Below, one piece after another: positions 11,366 through 22,480 of a stretch of 64,000 bases of DNA. The stretch comes from Oculina patagonica (Eukaryota). The notes under the pieces are model-generated. The model was not told where the DNA came from and did not search any database. It was given only the letters and a program-made list of their open reading frames with translations. The position numbers and the translations under genes were made by a program. Every line of letters starts with the position of its first letter. Within the stretch, counting starts at the first letter, position 1. The stretch spans positions 35,154,001-35,218,000 of the forward strand of contig NC_135759.1 of NCBI RefSeq assembly GCF_052425735.1, read 5' to 3'.

Positions 11366-11990
11366 ACAGGGGCAGTTCCAGGAATTCCTAAAGGGGGGGG
11401 GGGGGGGGGGTACACCTTCAATAGGTTCAACGTCATGTGCGTGGATGGCGAGCGTCGAGGGCGCGATCTTCTATGGGAGTCGGGGAGGCATACTCCCCGA
11501 GGAATTATTTTTCCGATTTTACCATCTAAAACGCCATTTCCAGCATTCCTGAGGCTCGAAAAGCGTTTGTGAAGGCATGAAGTAAAATCTGGAGGCTACC
11601 TTATTTTTTAACCAGAAAACCAAAAATAATAATGCATGATGAAAAGGGATAGCCGTATCAACTACAGTTAATTGTCGTTTTTCTATGTGCTTCGTTGATC
11701 GACCAATGTAGCTTAAGAGATTCTTCTTGGATGAGCTATTTCAATGCCCTTTCATATCTCTCTTCTATCTCGAATCTCTCAGAGTAATGCACAGCAATAA
11801 CAGCGAAATCGGAGAAGCGCTCTTGAAACAGTTTCATGGGCAAAAAGGACTGCTCAGCATCCGCACTACTGATTGCTAGAATGCATGCAATGCGGAAAAG
11901 GCGATGGTGTTTGGAAAAGCATTCTCGTCACCGGCACCAAGGGCTAGTACAAAATTGCTTGGAAGTTCCTTCTCTGTTGACTGCCAATTG
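11366..11990 (-). mobile_element. Decayed hAT transposon (C-terminal dimerisation-domain remnant plus one terminus)
   Basis: Minus-strand translation across frameshifts and a stop gives AFPN/HRLFRIACILAISSADAEQSF...ERFSDFAVIAVHY...HPRR, matching hAT dimerisation motifs. A CAGGGGC...CCAGG-polyG terminus lies at 11366. Confidence 0.7.
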
Positions 11991-12635
11991 TCAGCGTAGC
12001 AAATAAAAGCAACGATGGACACACTTTGAGTTAAAGAATTGCTCGGGAACCGAGGCTATTCACTCGTTAAATAAAGTTGATTATTATTATCATAAACGTT
12101 TCTTGCTTGAGATTATATAACCTGCCTTTATAAAACCCGAAAGATAGTTTTCCGTTCGGGGTCCTTTTAAAAGAAAGAGAGTCAATGCGAAGCCGGGATG
12201 CATTAATGCTTTGAAAAACTGATCATGAAGACACGAAGTTCAAGGAAATTAGAAAGGGAGAGAGATAAAACGAGAAAGAAACACTACCACAAAACACTAC
12301 CGCCTAAACACTACCACAAGAACCGTCCTGCAAGGCTCCAGATAAACAGAAAGAGTAATTTTGCGCAATGATTCCTGTAACGACAGCTTGGGTTGCCTTT
12401 AGGATGCTGTCCGTTAGGGAGTTATGACTTTTATGTTCCAACCCCTTCCCTCCCAAAGGGCATTGAACATCGAAGTCTCGAGCTAAAGGATGTTGCAATA
12501 TCCATTCATTCACTGCGCTCTAAAAATGTTAAAGGTGTATAGTATATAAAAGGGTAAAGGTTTAGACTTCGGGCAGAACCGACTATTAGGCAAACTAAAT
12601 CTGATTGACTATGATTATGGGTTTCTGCTATGATT

Positions 12636-12756
12636 AACAATTATTCCACGAGCGTGCGTTAGATATGATTGGTAGATAGCCAAAGAGGCGCATAGCGCCG
12701 AGACCGAGTTGGCTATAACGATCTCATATCCAGCAAGCGCGAGTGGAATAACTGTT
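12636..12756. repeat. Hairpin-forming dispersed repeat
   Basis: AACAATTATTCCACGAGCGTGCGTTAGATATGA / TCATATCCAGCAAGCGCGAGTGGAATAACTGTT inverted arms. Confidence 0.65.
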
Positions 12757-13173
12757 TTATTAAAAACGCCTCAAGAATTGACCAATATTTGAGCTCACCA
12801 GCTGTTTTCGTTGACGTGTATCGGCTACCATATTTGTGGTCAATGGTATATGAGCTCATATACCATTGCCTGTTAACCAATCAAAATGCAGGAATTGCAA
12901 TATACCATTACTAGTTTTTAATAATTTTCGATACACTGCCCTGGGAATGTGCATGCACAAGTATAATTGCCCAAAACCAAAAAAAAAAAGAAAATCCAAA
13001 TCCAAAACATGAATAAACCACTTCCACTGAACTTTTTCTCGAATATATCAGTCTCTGGTTCATGCTAAACTGTCTTGCTAGACTGTCTTGCTCTCGGCTT
13101 GTGTCTTCTTTTGATAGTCGACTCAGGGCTTTACCCCCTCATCCACTATCAGCCGACAGAATCTATTTTTCTT

Positions 13174-15442
13174 TTATTTTCCAACTCCCTCGGGACCTAA
13201 AGCCAAATATCCTCCATCGACTGCCAAGTCTGTGCCAGTTATAGCTGAAGCATCTTTGCTGCACAGAAAGGTGATGGCTGCTGCTACCTCCTCAGGCTCA
13301 CAGAAACGCCCGATCATCTGTCGCTTGGCAACATTTGGCTCATAGCTCTTCCGGCTTTCACCCAGAACTCTTTCTGCCTGCAAAATAATATGTCAAGATC
13401 ATTTTTTAAATGTCGGCCAGAAATACCAATAAGCACTTGTCTGCTTGTATTTGGCAACCTTAGCTTCCAAAATTGGGAATTCAATATTGATGGTATAAGT
13501 TGCCTATTTTGTGTTTCAGTCTCACCACAGAGCCCAAACTACTCCAAAATGTATGATCGCGAGTAGTAAGTTGGGATCTACGGGTCACTATATTTTAGTT
13601 TATTTGACAATTGAACTAACAAAATGCGTCCAGTTTAATGACTGACTGACAGACAGACTGTCTGACTGACCAACCAACTGACTGAATATGACTGAATGTC
13701 TGACTGACCAATTGCAGTGACTGACTGAATAACACACTGACTTTCGCTGACTAATCAAATGCAATTTTGCAGCAATTTTTTAGTAGGATTTGGATAAATT
13801 GAGGCCCTGCCAGGGTAAATTCCGACAAGCGACATGGCCCAAAAAGTAGTGACAGCAAATCAAATCAAATCGCGACAAACGACAACCCTTTTGGAAAAAT
13901 TTAAATTCCGACAATGACAAGTAATTTTCCTTCAATTTTACTAGCGACAGCAACGCGAAGTTTGATAAAACAATGACACGGCGCATTTTTATATTTAGAC
14001 AAGCAACACGGCAACCCCCCCCAGTAGCAAAAGCAGTAGCAAAAGGTCAATCAACCAACCTGATGAGTATGTTAAAATTTAAATCATTCTTGCACTTCTA
14101 GCCTGCATAGCAGTCGTTTCCTTTCCAAGAGTGCACGAGGTGCCCTGTAAAGCTTAAGACAAAGTCGAGCCAGAGCATGCCGTCTCCGTCTCGTGCCCAA
14201 GATTTCATGTGCCTCTTGCCTTGATCTCGAAAAGGAAACATGGGTCTGCTACACACACAGGGTGTATGCGCTTCTACAACACTGAGTTGACACAAAACAA
14301 CAAGCACATGGCCATGCAGTAAGGTACCTTTTGTCATAAATGGGTAACAGGCTTGCACCATGTTGGAATAACCAATGAGATTTATACCCAAAAGTCTATC
14401 CCAGTCTTTCTTTGAAGAATCCAGACCTGTGAATAGATAGAGGGTCATCTCTTATTACTTATATCATCTTCAAATACTGTCATTTATAAGGGCACGTCAC
14501 CAAAACCCTTTTTAAAAAAACACCAGCAAATAAACTGTAACTGAAAAAGAATTTCCTTTCCAGTTTTGTTTTACCCCCCCCTTTTATACATATTTGTTCT
14601 TCGTAATTTTTCTTTCTTCCTTTTAGATGTAATTCAGGGACGACGGAACATTTTTCCAAGTGGGGGGCTGACTAGTGACGGAAGAGGCCCCCCTTCTAAT
14701 TTCAACTCAAGTGTAGAAATCGGCTAGTCCCTCCGTCATTTTATTTTCTGCTGGTCTTTGGAAACTAAGTAAAGATAAAAATTTAACATGTTTTGACCTG
14801 TTTTTAAAATGTGTATAAACTCGGCTCCTCATTGCGTGACTTCACGTGACACTCAATATTCAGCTGGATTTTAAAAGTTGCAGTGTGAATCCAGTGTATT
14901 CTGTATCCGGGAACCTTACAAACGAGAGAAGAAGGAAAAGAATTCCCCTTCCTGTTAGCTCCTTGAATAAATTTTGTTGACTTTTATAGAAATTGGCCCA
15001 GTTTTGTTGGTTCAAGTTCAGTTCAATGGTTCAGTTTTAATAGTCCCGAACAGTATTAAACAATATCATGATAATATGATTACGTACGGACTCCGGTATT
15101 CTTACCCTTACAAGGCGCGCTAATGGCTGCGTTGTTCACCAGAAAATGTATTTTTCCCTCATGATCTTCAGCAACTTTCTTAACTCCTTGTACACACTGC
15201 TCTTTATCTGCCACATCCACTTTGTAGAACTTCACATGGTATCCAGAAGCTGTAAGTTCATCCTGAAGTTTTTTACCGTCTGGTTCGTTGATATCAAACA
15301 CGGCTACTGCAGCTCCATCATTGACAAATCTTTTAACAGTAGCTCGTCCGATCCCCGATGATCCACCAGTTATAATGGACACCTTGTTAGCAAATCGACC
15401 TTTCGTGTACTGTGAGTCAAGCGGAGGGTTTGATTGAGCCAT
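13174..15442 (-). pseudogene. SDR paralogue (SDR2) lacking the catalytic exon; exons 15442-15106, 14426-14328, 13377-13174
   Basis: Exons 1, 2 and 4 have the same lengths as in SDR1 (337, 99, 204 nt), open frames and intact splice sites. No counterpart of exon 3 (VNISS...YQASK...SPG) is visible between 13378 and 14327. Either a pseudogene or a non-catalytic isoform. Confidence 0.8.
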
Positions 15443-15821
15443 TCCTGACGGGGTTCACTGCAACTTTGATCTCAAGTGTCACTGAGTGCCATCTCCCGTG
15501 TTACGTCATGCATTCTGGCCCTCTTCTGTCACGCAACGCTATCTTCTCAGGATGGGGTTTCCAAAGTACATAGGCGTTTTTCTGCAATCCTACGCCTTGG
15601 GATAGACACATAGAAAATGTGTAATTTTAATAATTATCGGAATGGACTTCTGTTCTGTTGGGCAGCCGCTGCGACAATCTTGAAAGCGCTGAAAGCGGTC
15701 ATGCCCTAGGGACAAGCTTGTAACTTGCGACCGGGTAAGGCTTGGGTCCCAGTAAAACTGGAAGCGAAAGCGAAAGCGAAAAGCGAGGGACGAGGGAAGT
15801 GCGAACTTTGAAGAATCAAAC
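15443..15821. promoter_or_regulatory. Putative bidirectional promoter between SDR2 and the exonuclease gene
   Basis: Divergent ATGs 380 bp apart, CpG-rich sequence and a CRE-like TTACGTCA near 15501; inferred from geometry. Confidence 0.5.
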
Positions 15822-18800
15822 ATGTACAAACAATTTTTTAGGCTTCGAGGCTTCAAAGTTGCACAGAACTTCGCAGTTGTTATTGAAGTGAAGAAGAAAT
15901 CCTTAAAGTGTCTTTCTACATCCCGAGTTAATCGCGATGGGAAGTCAAACAAAACAACAGCGTTGAACTTTCTTCATAGGACGTTTGCCTTACCAAGTGA
16001 CTATTTCATAAGAAAATCTACTGGAATGGAACCCTGTAAATTTGAAGGAAAAATTCACGTTGTAAAAGATGAGGAAGACGAACGACGGTTAGTACAAGAT
16101 GGTGAAGTTTGTAAGGATTTTGAGAAGCAGGAAGCTCTTGGTATGGATATAGAATATTCTAATGACTCTCCACTCCAAAGAATATGTTTAATTCAACTGG
16201 CCTCAAAGGAAAATGCTGTTTTGTGGACATGTAATCAGGGCAATTTTCGTGATAAACTTCCTCCGTATCTGTTGTCCATCATCAAAGGTGAAGTTTTGAA
16301 GGTAAGTAAAGTTAGTAAATAAACGTGCTCAGATGTCTTTTTCAACTGAGATAGTGGATATTGGATAAATTTATTTATCCAATATTTATTTGGTAGTCAG
16401 TACTAGCAGATACTTCTACATATATCAGGGATCATGTTTACTATGGGTATTCTTGTCCGATATGTTGGTCATTATATCAGTCGACAGTCAGTTAACACAT
16501 TGACCAATAGTCCGCCGATAGTGGGTGGCAACACTTGGTCAATAGTCGGTGGACATATTGGTTTATTATTGGCCGAGTGTTGGTAGACTATTGGCTGAGT
16601 GTAAATCCCTAAAATTTACTACGAGGGTGTGCTGCTGAGTCGCTGAGACTCTGGACCTGTTCCAGAATTTGCAACCCTGTTCCATACAAACATTGCAAAA
16701 TAGGTACCCTGTTCCAGACAATATCCACAATGTAAATATATGTAGATAAATATAAAAACACTGGCGTATATCACAAAGCGCTCAATTGACTTCGTCTGTG
16801 GCTCAGAGATAAAGTGATGAGAGGAGCGGAGTTTCATAGCTAAACTTGATCGTGTTTAATCAGGATTCTGGGAAAAGAATAGACCCTGTTCCAAAGTCAA
16901 AAGGCTGAATTCTATACCCTGTTCCAGAGTCAGAGAGACAAAAAGCATACCCTGTCGAGCGGCACATACCCATATAGCCATTATATGGGAGTACCCCCCG
17001 GGGTGTAAATTGACTATCTGCTGACACTGACAGACCATCGACAGACTATCGGCTTCCGACACTGAGTGTCAAGCGACCATAGGCTGACTCTCAATAGTCG
17101 GTCTATATATATCGGTTGATTATCACAAGCATGGGACAAAGAGAAAAATTTGAGTCCCTGATGGGAACAAACCCATGACCTCCCAAACAGGGGTGTCTTC
17201 CGGAAAATTGATCATACGCGGTTTCTTTTTTCAAAACCTTGGAAAAGTATATATCACTGAAAAGCTAATAAAATGTAGAATCTAAAGAAATAATTATTTT
17301 AAAGATTAGGTCTAATGGTAAGCTCGCGCAAGCCTTAAACCGCAACACTGACGATGTTTGCTAAATTGAATTACCTGCTTTCGTGTTTGCACGTACGACC
17401 AAACAAACTGCACAGTGTCAATCAGCAGGTAATGGACTACAAAAGTGTGTGAGGCTTTTTGGATATTCCTATTGGTTGCTGAGAAAATCTATTGTAAACT
17501 CAAATAGAATATTTGCCGATCTTCGTCACATAAGAAGGTGTCACATAAGAAGGGGGGTGAGCATTCTATCCACAGAGCTACAGAGAGACTCATGACTCAA
17601 GGCCATCAAGTGCATGTAGGTTCACATGAGGCACGTGTCCTTCATACTGCTAGGACTGAGATTTCTAGCCTGGTTTCAAAAACCAGGCTGGAAATCTAAG
17701 CCCGGGCAAAATGTCGACAGCATATTGTATGAGGACTCAGATTTTTTGTTTGTCCCACGCTGAATGAACATTACATCTTTCTTGTTTCACTACCAAGTTT
17801 AAAATTTATCATCCTTCCTTATTTATCACAGTATAAAGTTTTTGTTTGGCTCTTTCTTGGTGTAGGTGGGCCATGACTTAGCTCATGATGTTGTGTTACT
17901 TCAAAAGCATTATGGAGAGTGTATAAACAACATAGTGGACACCCTCACTTGGGCAAAAGAAATGAACTGTGACCCATTAAACTTGAGAGCAATGTGTGCT
18001 ATTTTTCTTCATCAACGACTCTCCAAACTTCTTCAGCAATCTGACTGGTCAAAAGAAGATTTGACTGAAAAACAACTTCACTATGCTGCTACAGATGCAT
18101 GGGCATCACTCAGAGTCTATGAGGAAATGAAAAGGTGAATTGTAAAATACATTATTCTTTCTTTGAAACTAATCTCATGAGTTGAACCTCCTTGGGTTTT
18201 CCAAAAGAGCTAGCAAGTTATGCACTGTAGCGCTTTTGCACTTAGAAAGGTAGAACTTTCTTTCTTGATCCAAGGGGGAGGGAGAGGGGCATTTTTTTTT
18301 TTACCTTTGTTCCTTGTGTTTTTCAGCAAAATGTGACAAGGGGGAGGGGGAGGGGTTATCTGCCTGGTCCTCTCCCCTTAGGTCTTGACTGCTGACAAGG
18401 GAGGAGCATTTGTCTGCAAGTTAAAGACAATTTGAGACAAGAACGTAGACGTAACTAAAGCAGACGCAAAAAAGACCAGGAAAAATGTTTGGTTTCGATG
18501 GCAGGGATACAAACTTATAGCGACATTGAATGGTCTTTGCGAGCATTTTTCTTTGTGAGCACAAGTATTGTTAAAGGTTAGCCTTGCGAGTAATGAGCAC
18601 TCTTCAGAAAGCTGCCTCCACTAAAAAGCGAGCAAGTGAGCACTTGTAAAAATATGTGACTACGAGCAAACAAGCATCCATTAAAATTTTGCGAGCATTT
18701 TGAGCAGAAACCTAATTTTGCGAACACTGCAAAATTTTGGAGGGCAATTCTGATCCTTAATTATGAAGGGGAGAGAATGGTAATGACAATGTTTCAGTAC

Positions 18801-19122
18801 CTGTTTTAAATCAACTTGAGCAGTTGAGACTGATTGAGTTTATTTTTTTGTCTTTTATGCTCTATAAAGATATTTACCGGTACATTTGGGTGAATAAAAT
18901 CTAATTTTTCTGCTTTGTTTCTCTTGAAACAGGACAACTGAAGTAATTGGTATGCCTCTTTCTTTACCGCTGAAATCAACTTTGGATGTGTTTCAGTTAA
19001 GACAGGCAGTTAAGACTGATAGAAACAGAAGAAAACGTAGAAGAGAAAGTGAAAGAAAAAAGGCATTGAGTGAAATGAGAATAGCACAGGAAAAAGCAGA
19101 AGTCTCTGAAAATCTGGCTTAA
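15822..19122 (+). CDS. Stand-alone WRN/EXD-like DEDDy 3'-5' exonuclease, ~312 aa; exons 15822-16301, 17866-18134, 18933-19122
   Basis: ExoI LGMDIEY, LIQLAS, ExoII KVGHDLAHD, and SDW...QLHYAATDA (ExoIII). Splice phases 0 and 2 are consistent. Exon 3 adds a basic RNRRKRRRESERKK tail. The start codon is uncertain. Confidence 0.85.
16607..17002. mobile_element. Non-autonomous DNA transposon with 8-bp TSD (hAT- or P-like)
   Basis: GTGTAAAT direct repeats at 16599-16606 and 17003-17010; right end TATATGGGAGTACCCCCCGGG; internal TACCCTGTTCCA repeats. Confidence 0.65.
17130..17761. repeat. Nested interspersed repeats in exonuclease intron 1
   Basis: Inverted ends GGGACAAAGAGAAAAATTTGAGTCC / GGACTCAGATTTTTTGTTTGTCCC, plus an internal small palindrome at ~17656-17700. 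Confidence 0.5.
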
Positions 19123-19871
19123 CCCGATTACTTCATTGGACATGTGTTGGTACATTATTCCAAGAATACGTGCTACTTTATCTTTCAGTAACACGCGAAT
19201 TTTGAAGTGAAAACCCAACTAACGACTGCATTTTGGCTTCTGCTTCATAATATGGTGCCAACCGAATTTGAAAAACAGAAACAATCAAAATGGATCAATA
19301 TCTACCAATCACAACCAACAATCATGACCTTTTGAATCAGTTGAAGTTAACTTTGATTCCCGAGAGGTCTGCTTAGATGATTGACTTACGCAGGCTAATG
19401 ATTGACTGCAGCAAAAATGTAACTGCTGGTTGAGCAGAGTTTGTGTTTATTGAAAGGTGCAGTAATGAGTTTTTGTCAAGCTGAATTTGATAGGACTACT
19501 TTTTTCGGAATGTGGAGGGAAGGTTGCACAGTATCTGAGGTTGCCCAATAAAAATTAAAACCACATTTTTGATTAGAAACTTGTCTTTACTTTTTTGCTA
19601 TACAAACATAAGAAAGATAAAAGTAAACCAAAATAATTTTGGACACTTGAAGATGGAGAGTTGTTGTTTCTGGGAGAGAATCCACTCAAGGAAAAAGATG
19701 GTGGTTGTAAATTTTACTACAATACCTTGCGAACCTAACACAGCCAATAGTCGCATGGAAAGCCACCCAGGGTCACCCTGCCCCCCAAGCCAAATTTTCG
19801 ATTTCTCATATAAACGGTTCGCAGCTATCTATAAAGAAACTTATGAAAAGTTATCTTGTGATTTGTTTTGC

Positions 19872-19924
19872 AACCTAACCTAACCCTAACCTCTCACCCT
19901 AACCCTTACCAACCCTAACCCTAA
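19872..19924. repeat. Degenerate interstitial (CCCTAA)n telomere-like tract
   Basis: AACCTAACCTAACCCTAACC...CCCTAACCCTAA. Confidence 0.75.
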
Positions 19925-20621
19925 GGGCTCGGTATGGAGGGATACCCTCATACTAGGGACAACTCTTCTCCATGTAAACAGGTCCTTTTAGGGTTAGCAG
20001 GTGGAAAGAGGAGAGCTTGCACAGACCTCTCAGCCTTTTAAATGTGGCCTCTCAAAACCCACACGGTTTCCGGCTGTTTCATGATCACTCAATGAGCCGT
20101 CAAATTTTGGCCAACCAGTGCAAATCAAAACTTAAAAGATCAAATCGAAAAACATCACTATGAACAGTTTTACAACAACGCAGATGGATGATTTGTTATC
20201 CTGTGCAAAGGTTTGCATATCTAAATTACGATACAAACTGAATCTCAAGGTCTCCCATCTCAAGATGAAGAAAGATGAACAACGTGTGAAGTTTTACACT
20301 CACTCTTGCAGATGAGGAAATTTGGGATGTTTAACTAAGTAAGTGTATGGATCACTTAAATGCGACGGATGTGACTTAAGAAACACCAAAACTAACGTTA
20401 TCTTCACGGCTTGGTCATGGATTGTGCCTTGCCTTGCCTCAGTAAGTCAAATGACATTATACAAGGAAATCGTATCCTTACAGCTTGCTGCGCTTGTGAC
20501 TCTGTTTTAATACCGTCCTTTTGTATCTCATCGTGAGACCGTGAGGTTGAATTGCGCGACATTTAAATGACATTTTTTTCTTAAAAGGCTGAGGTATACA
20601 CATGGCAAATCACGCGACACC

Positions 20622-20872
20622 GGCAGGTATTTTGCGATGGTTGCAGGTTGAAAGACTTGAAACAAGCCGTTTATTTGAGTTACCTGAACCTGCCGATCAC
20701 CTTGCAACCTTGCTTGCGTGACCAGGGAGTCTCGCCATTAACCAACTCGCCACCAAGCGAAGTCACTTCCCCACGCTTAAAGAATGAAAAATATTCAGGG
20801 TTTTCACTCCTTCTCTTGGTGGAGAGATGACCGGATACCGCAGCAACCTGCAACCTGCAAAAAATACCTGCC
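20622..20872. mobile_element. MITE upstream of the serpin
   Basis: TIRs GGCAGGTATTTT..GGTTGCAGGTTG / CAACCTGCAACCTGCAAAAAATACCTGCC. Confidence 0.7.
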
Positions 20873-21221
20873 CTTGCGTTACTTACAAGCGTTACAATGC
20901 CGTTACAATTCATCAAGAACACTTCCAAGGCCAGCGGTTTTCCATAGGAACAAATCCAACATGGCTGCTCTTTGTTGGCTAAATTGAGTTGGAAATCCAC
21001 CAAAGAAAAGCGGGGTAACACCAAGAAAATGTCTTCAGTCGTCAACGATTCCGTTACAGCAAATCCAATATCACTGGTGCGCGTATAAATGCCCGTTCTC
21101 CAATGCGTTTATACGTGTCTTCGAGAACGTGTACAGGAGCACGAAATCGAGCAAAAAAAAGAAAAAAAAGCAAACAAGCCAGAACGGGACAATAAGACAC
21201 GCCCCCATGTACAGCTTCCAC

Positions 21222-21229
21222 TATATAAA
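21222..21229 (+). promoter_or_regulatory. TATA box of the serpin gene
   Basis: TATATAAA 49 nt upstream of an ATG in good context (AAAATGG). Confidence 0.6.
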
Positions 21230-21270
21230 GGAAGACTTAGAACAACTTGTTAGTTGAAGAAACCATCAAA

Positions 21271-22443
21271 ATGGCTGCTTCAGAAAGTGGGGTCGTGGCA
21301 AAAGCAGCAAACCAATTCGCTGTTGATCTTCACAAATGCCTCGCAGATGGCAATGAATTTGCCAGAGAAAACCTGTTCTATTCTCCTGCAAGTCTCCTCA
21401 TTGCTCTTGCGATGACATCTTATGGAGCGAGGGGAAATACTGCTGCAGAAATATTGAAAGTTCTCCATGTTGCTTCAGTTTCGTCAGCTGACCTCAACGA
21501 GAGCATGAAGAACTTCATTGACGCCATAAATGGAGCAAGCGACGAGGATAACAAGCTGCTTACAGCAAATAGGCTGTTTGTTCAAAAGAGCTTTGAAATC
21601 CTGGAAGCCTTTAAAGAAGGAACTCGCGAATTTTACGATGCAGAACTCGCTCTGGTCGACTACATCACAAATGTTGAGAAAGCCAGAGAAGAGATCAACT
21701 GCTGGGTGGAGGAGAAAACAAATGACAAGATCAAAGATCTCATTCCTTCTGGAATGCTGAGCTCAGACACAAGGCTGACCCTAGTAAATGCTATTTACTT
21801 CAAAGGCTTGTGGCTTGACAAATTCAAGAAGGAAGCAACATTTCCTGGGTCGTTCTTTGTGACTCAGAATGAAGAGATCAAGGTCCAAATGATGCATCAG
21901 AAAGCTGATTTCAAGTATTCCAAATCAGAGAAGCTGGCTTGCCAAATACTTGAAATGCCGTACACTGGCAAAAAGATGTCTATGGTAATCTATCTTCCTA
22001 ATGAAACCCAAGGCCTTGCCAAGTTGGAAGAAAAGATGACCTATGACAACCTTCACGAGTCTCTTTCCTTGCTTGATGAGTCAGTCTTGATGGTCGAGGT
22101 GGAAGTGTTCTTGCCAAAATTTAAGCTGACTCAGCAGTTTGACCTCAACAACATCTTGACCAAGATGGGAGCCAAAGAGATGTTCATTCCTGGTAAAGCC
22201 GACCTCTCTGGTATCTCAACTGAGCCACTGTTTGTCTCCAAGGTGGTTCACAAGGCCTTTGTCGAGGTGAATGAGGAGGGTACTGAAGCAGCAGCAGCTA
22301 CTGGTGTTGGTGTGAATTTGACGAGCTTTCACCCAATGCCAACATTCAAAGCTGACCACCCTTTTCTGTTTCTCATTCGGCACAACAGCTCTGGTGCCAT
22401 ATTGTTCCTGGGCCGTCTCATGAAGCCAAGTAATGAAGAATAA
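21271..22443 (+). CDS. Intracellular (clade B-like) inhibitory serpin, intronless, 390 aa
   Basis: NLFYSPAS, LVNAIYFKGLW, inhibitory hinge VNEEGTEAAAAT and FKADHPFLFLIR; no signal peptide; predicted P1-P1' Thr-Ser (or Leu-Thr). Confidence 0.96.
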   Translation: MAASESGVVAKAANQFAVDLHKCLADGNEFARENLFYSPASLLIALAMTSYGARGNTAAEILKVLHVASVSSADLNESMKNFIDAINGASDEDNKLLTANRLFVQKSFEILEAFKEGTREFYDAELALVDYITNVEKAREEINCWVEEKTNDKIKDLIPSGMLSSDTRLTLVNAIYFKGLWLDKFKKEATFPGSFFVTQNEEIKVQMMHQKADFKYSKSEKLACQILEMPYTGKKMSMVIYLPNETQGLAKLEEKMTYDNLHESLSLLDESVLMVEVEVFLPKFKLTQQFDLNNILTKMGAKEMFIPGKADLSGISTEPLFVSKVVHKAFVEVNEEGTEAAAATGVGVNLTSFHPMPTFKADHPFLFLIRHNSSGAILFLGRLMKPSNEE

Positions 22444-22445
22444 AC

Positions 22446-22480
<35 letters not shown>

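Noticed and set aside
14060-14090. CTGATGAG as a second hammerhead core
   Set aside because: No stem II or GAAA follows.
19872-19924. True telomere or chromosome fusion site
   Set aside because: Only ~50 bp, degenerate and embedded in interspersed-repeat sequence.
22444-22480. Poly-T after the intronless serpin as evidence of a retrocopy
   Set aside because: Wrong orientation for a poly(A) tail and absent in copy B; the gene has a TATA box and an intact ORF.
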